From the NCBI RefSeq assembly GCF_009914755.1, contig NC_060946.1: 64,000 nt of DNA. One strand, 5' to 3'. The position numbers and the translations under genes are program-made. This stretch comes from the human T2T-CHM13v2.0 reference genome, Homo sapiens. Positions 61,965-64,000 of this stretch are shown piece by piece; position 1 is the first letter of the stretch; each line of letters opens with the position of its first letter. The notes beneath the pieces are model-generated. The model had not been told where the DNA came from. It saw nothing but the letters and a program-made list of their open reading frames with translations, and searched no databases.

Positions 61965-62791
61965 CATCTACAGGCTTGACTAGGTCCAGTTGGAATATTT
62001 TTGGTAAACTTACTTCTTAGGTGGTAATGTGTTCTGTGAAAACACATATATATAGCCAAGACAATGGGAAAATTAAAAAAAGAACAACACATATATATTG
62101 TCTCTTTGTGGTGATAGCAACCATTACTGCTAAATCCTTAGCTCCATTAATTTATTATGGACTGGAAAATGGTGACATTCCTAATCATTTCTTAATTTAT
62201 TGGCTGGAATATTTCTGCAAAGAGAAGCTGGTCATTTACTAGTGCAATTTATATAAGAAAGGCAGAATAGACCCTTGATTTTTGTCCCATTATTTACCAG
62301 TTCTCAAATGCAAATGTTTCCTGTTATCCTCAAAAGGTGATCAGTTACTGTTTCTTAATGTGGACTTAAACAAATCTGAAATACCGATGTCAATTTCACT
62401 TACTGCTCTTATTGCTCAGAATGTTCTATCTTTGGCCAGTTGAATCCCTTCAAATTGTCTCCTGAATCCTGCTGATGTGTTCCTGGTAAGTAGTCTTTGA
62501 CAGCTTCATTGGTATAACAAGATCTAGCACAAAAGCTTATCTCATATATTTTCTGCCGTTCCAGACTGGAATCAGCCATTTTACCAAGAAAGTTGGGTTT
62601 CTTTTACTGGCAAATAGTACTTCAAGAGCACAGTCTTATGTAAGGTAAGTCATGGCTTCTGGATTTGTAATCGTTTTTTGGCCTTTTTAGTTGCTAGGGC
62701 GAAAAAATTTTGTACACTTAAATATATAGATAATGCATAGGGATATCGATTATATAAATATGACAGGAACACTTAATGTATTATGTGCATA

Positions 62792-63989
<1,198 letters not shown>

Positions 63990-64000
63990 TAATATTAACA

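Overview
Human (primate) genomic DNA, recognised from the reconstructed protein as chr22q12.1; it is not prokaryotic. The minus strand carries coding exons 1-8 of PITPNB (phosphatidylinositol transfer protein beta). Manual splicing gives 20+31+146+92+8+75+84+78 = 534 nt = 178 aa ([39 protein letters not shown]...GPLGPNWK), with all introns GT-AG; the remaining exons lie beyond the left edge. PITPNB starts in a CpG island (~45950-47420) that looks bidirectional. The plus strand most likely carries the lncRNA TTC28-AS1 and the palindromic MIR3199-1/-2 hairpin. The rest is intronic DNA with ~28 Alus, old L1/L2/MIR/CR1 pieces, solo LTRs and DNA-transposon fossils (Hsmar1, MADE2, MER75, Tigger2, MER20, MER5). 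I see no wholly new multi-gene system. The best leads are: (i) a second perfect 41-bp-arm palindrome in PITPNB intron 3 with the same geometry as MIR3199, apparently made by recent inverted duplication of old L1 sequence (candidate de novo miRNA or cruciform); (ii) a deleted Hsmar1 that keeps both TIRs, the SETMAR-type splice acceptor and a poly(A) signal, in sense to the lncRNA; (iii) an 8-nt microexon, an alternative first coding exon and three stop-containing cryptic exons; (iv) a 45-bp direct repeat bracketing exon 7. Exon and hairpin coordinates were counted base by base. Repeat boundaries and subfamily names are by eye and approximate.
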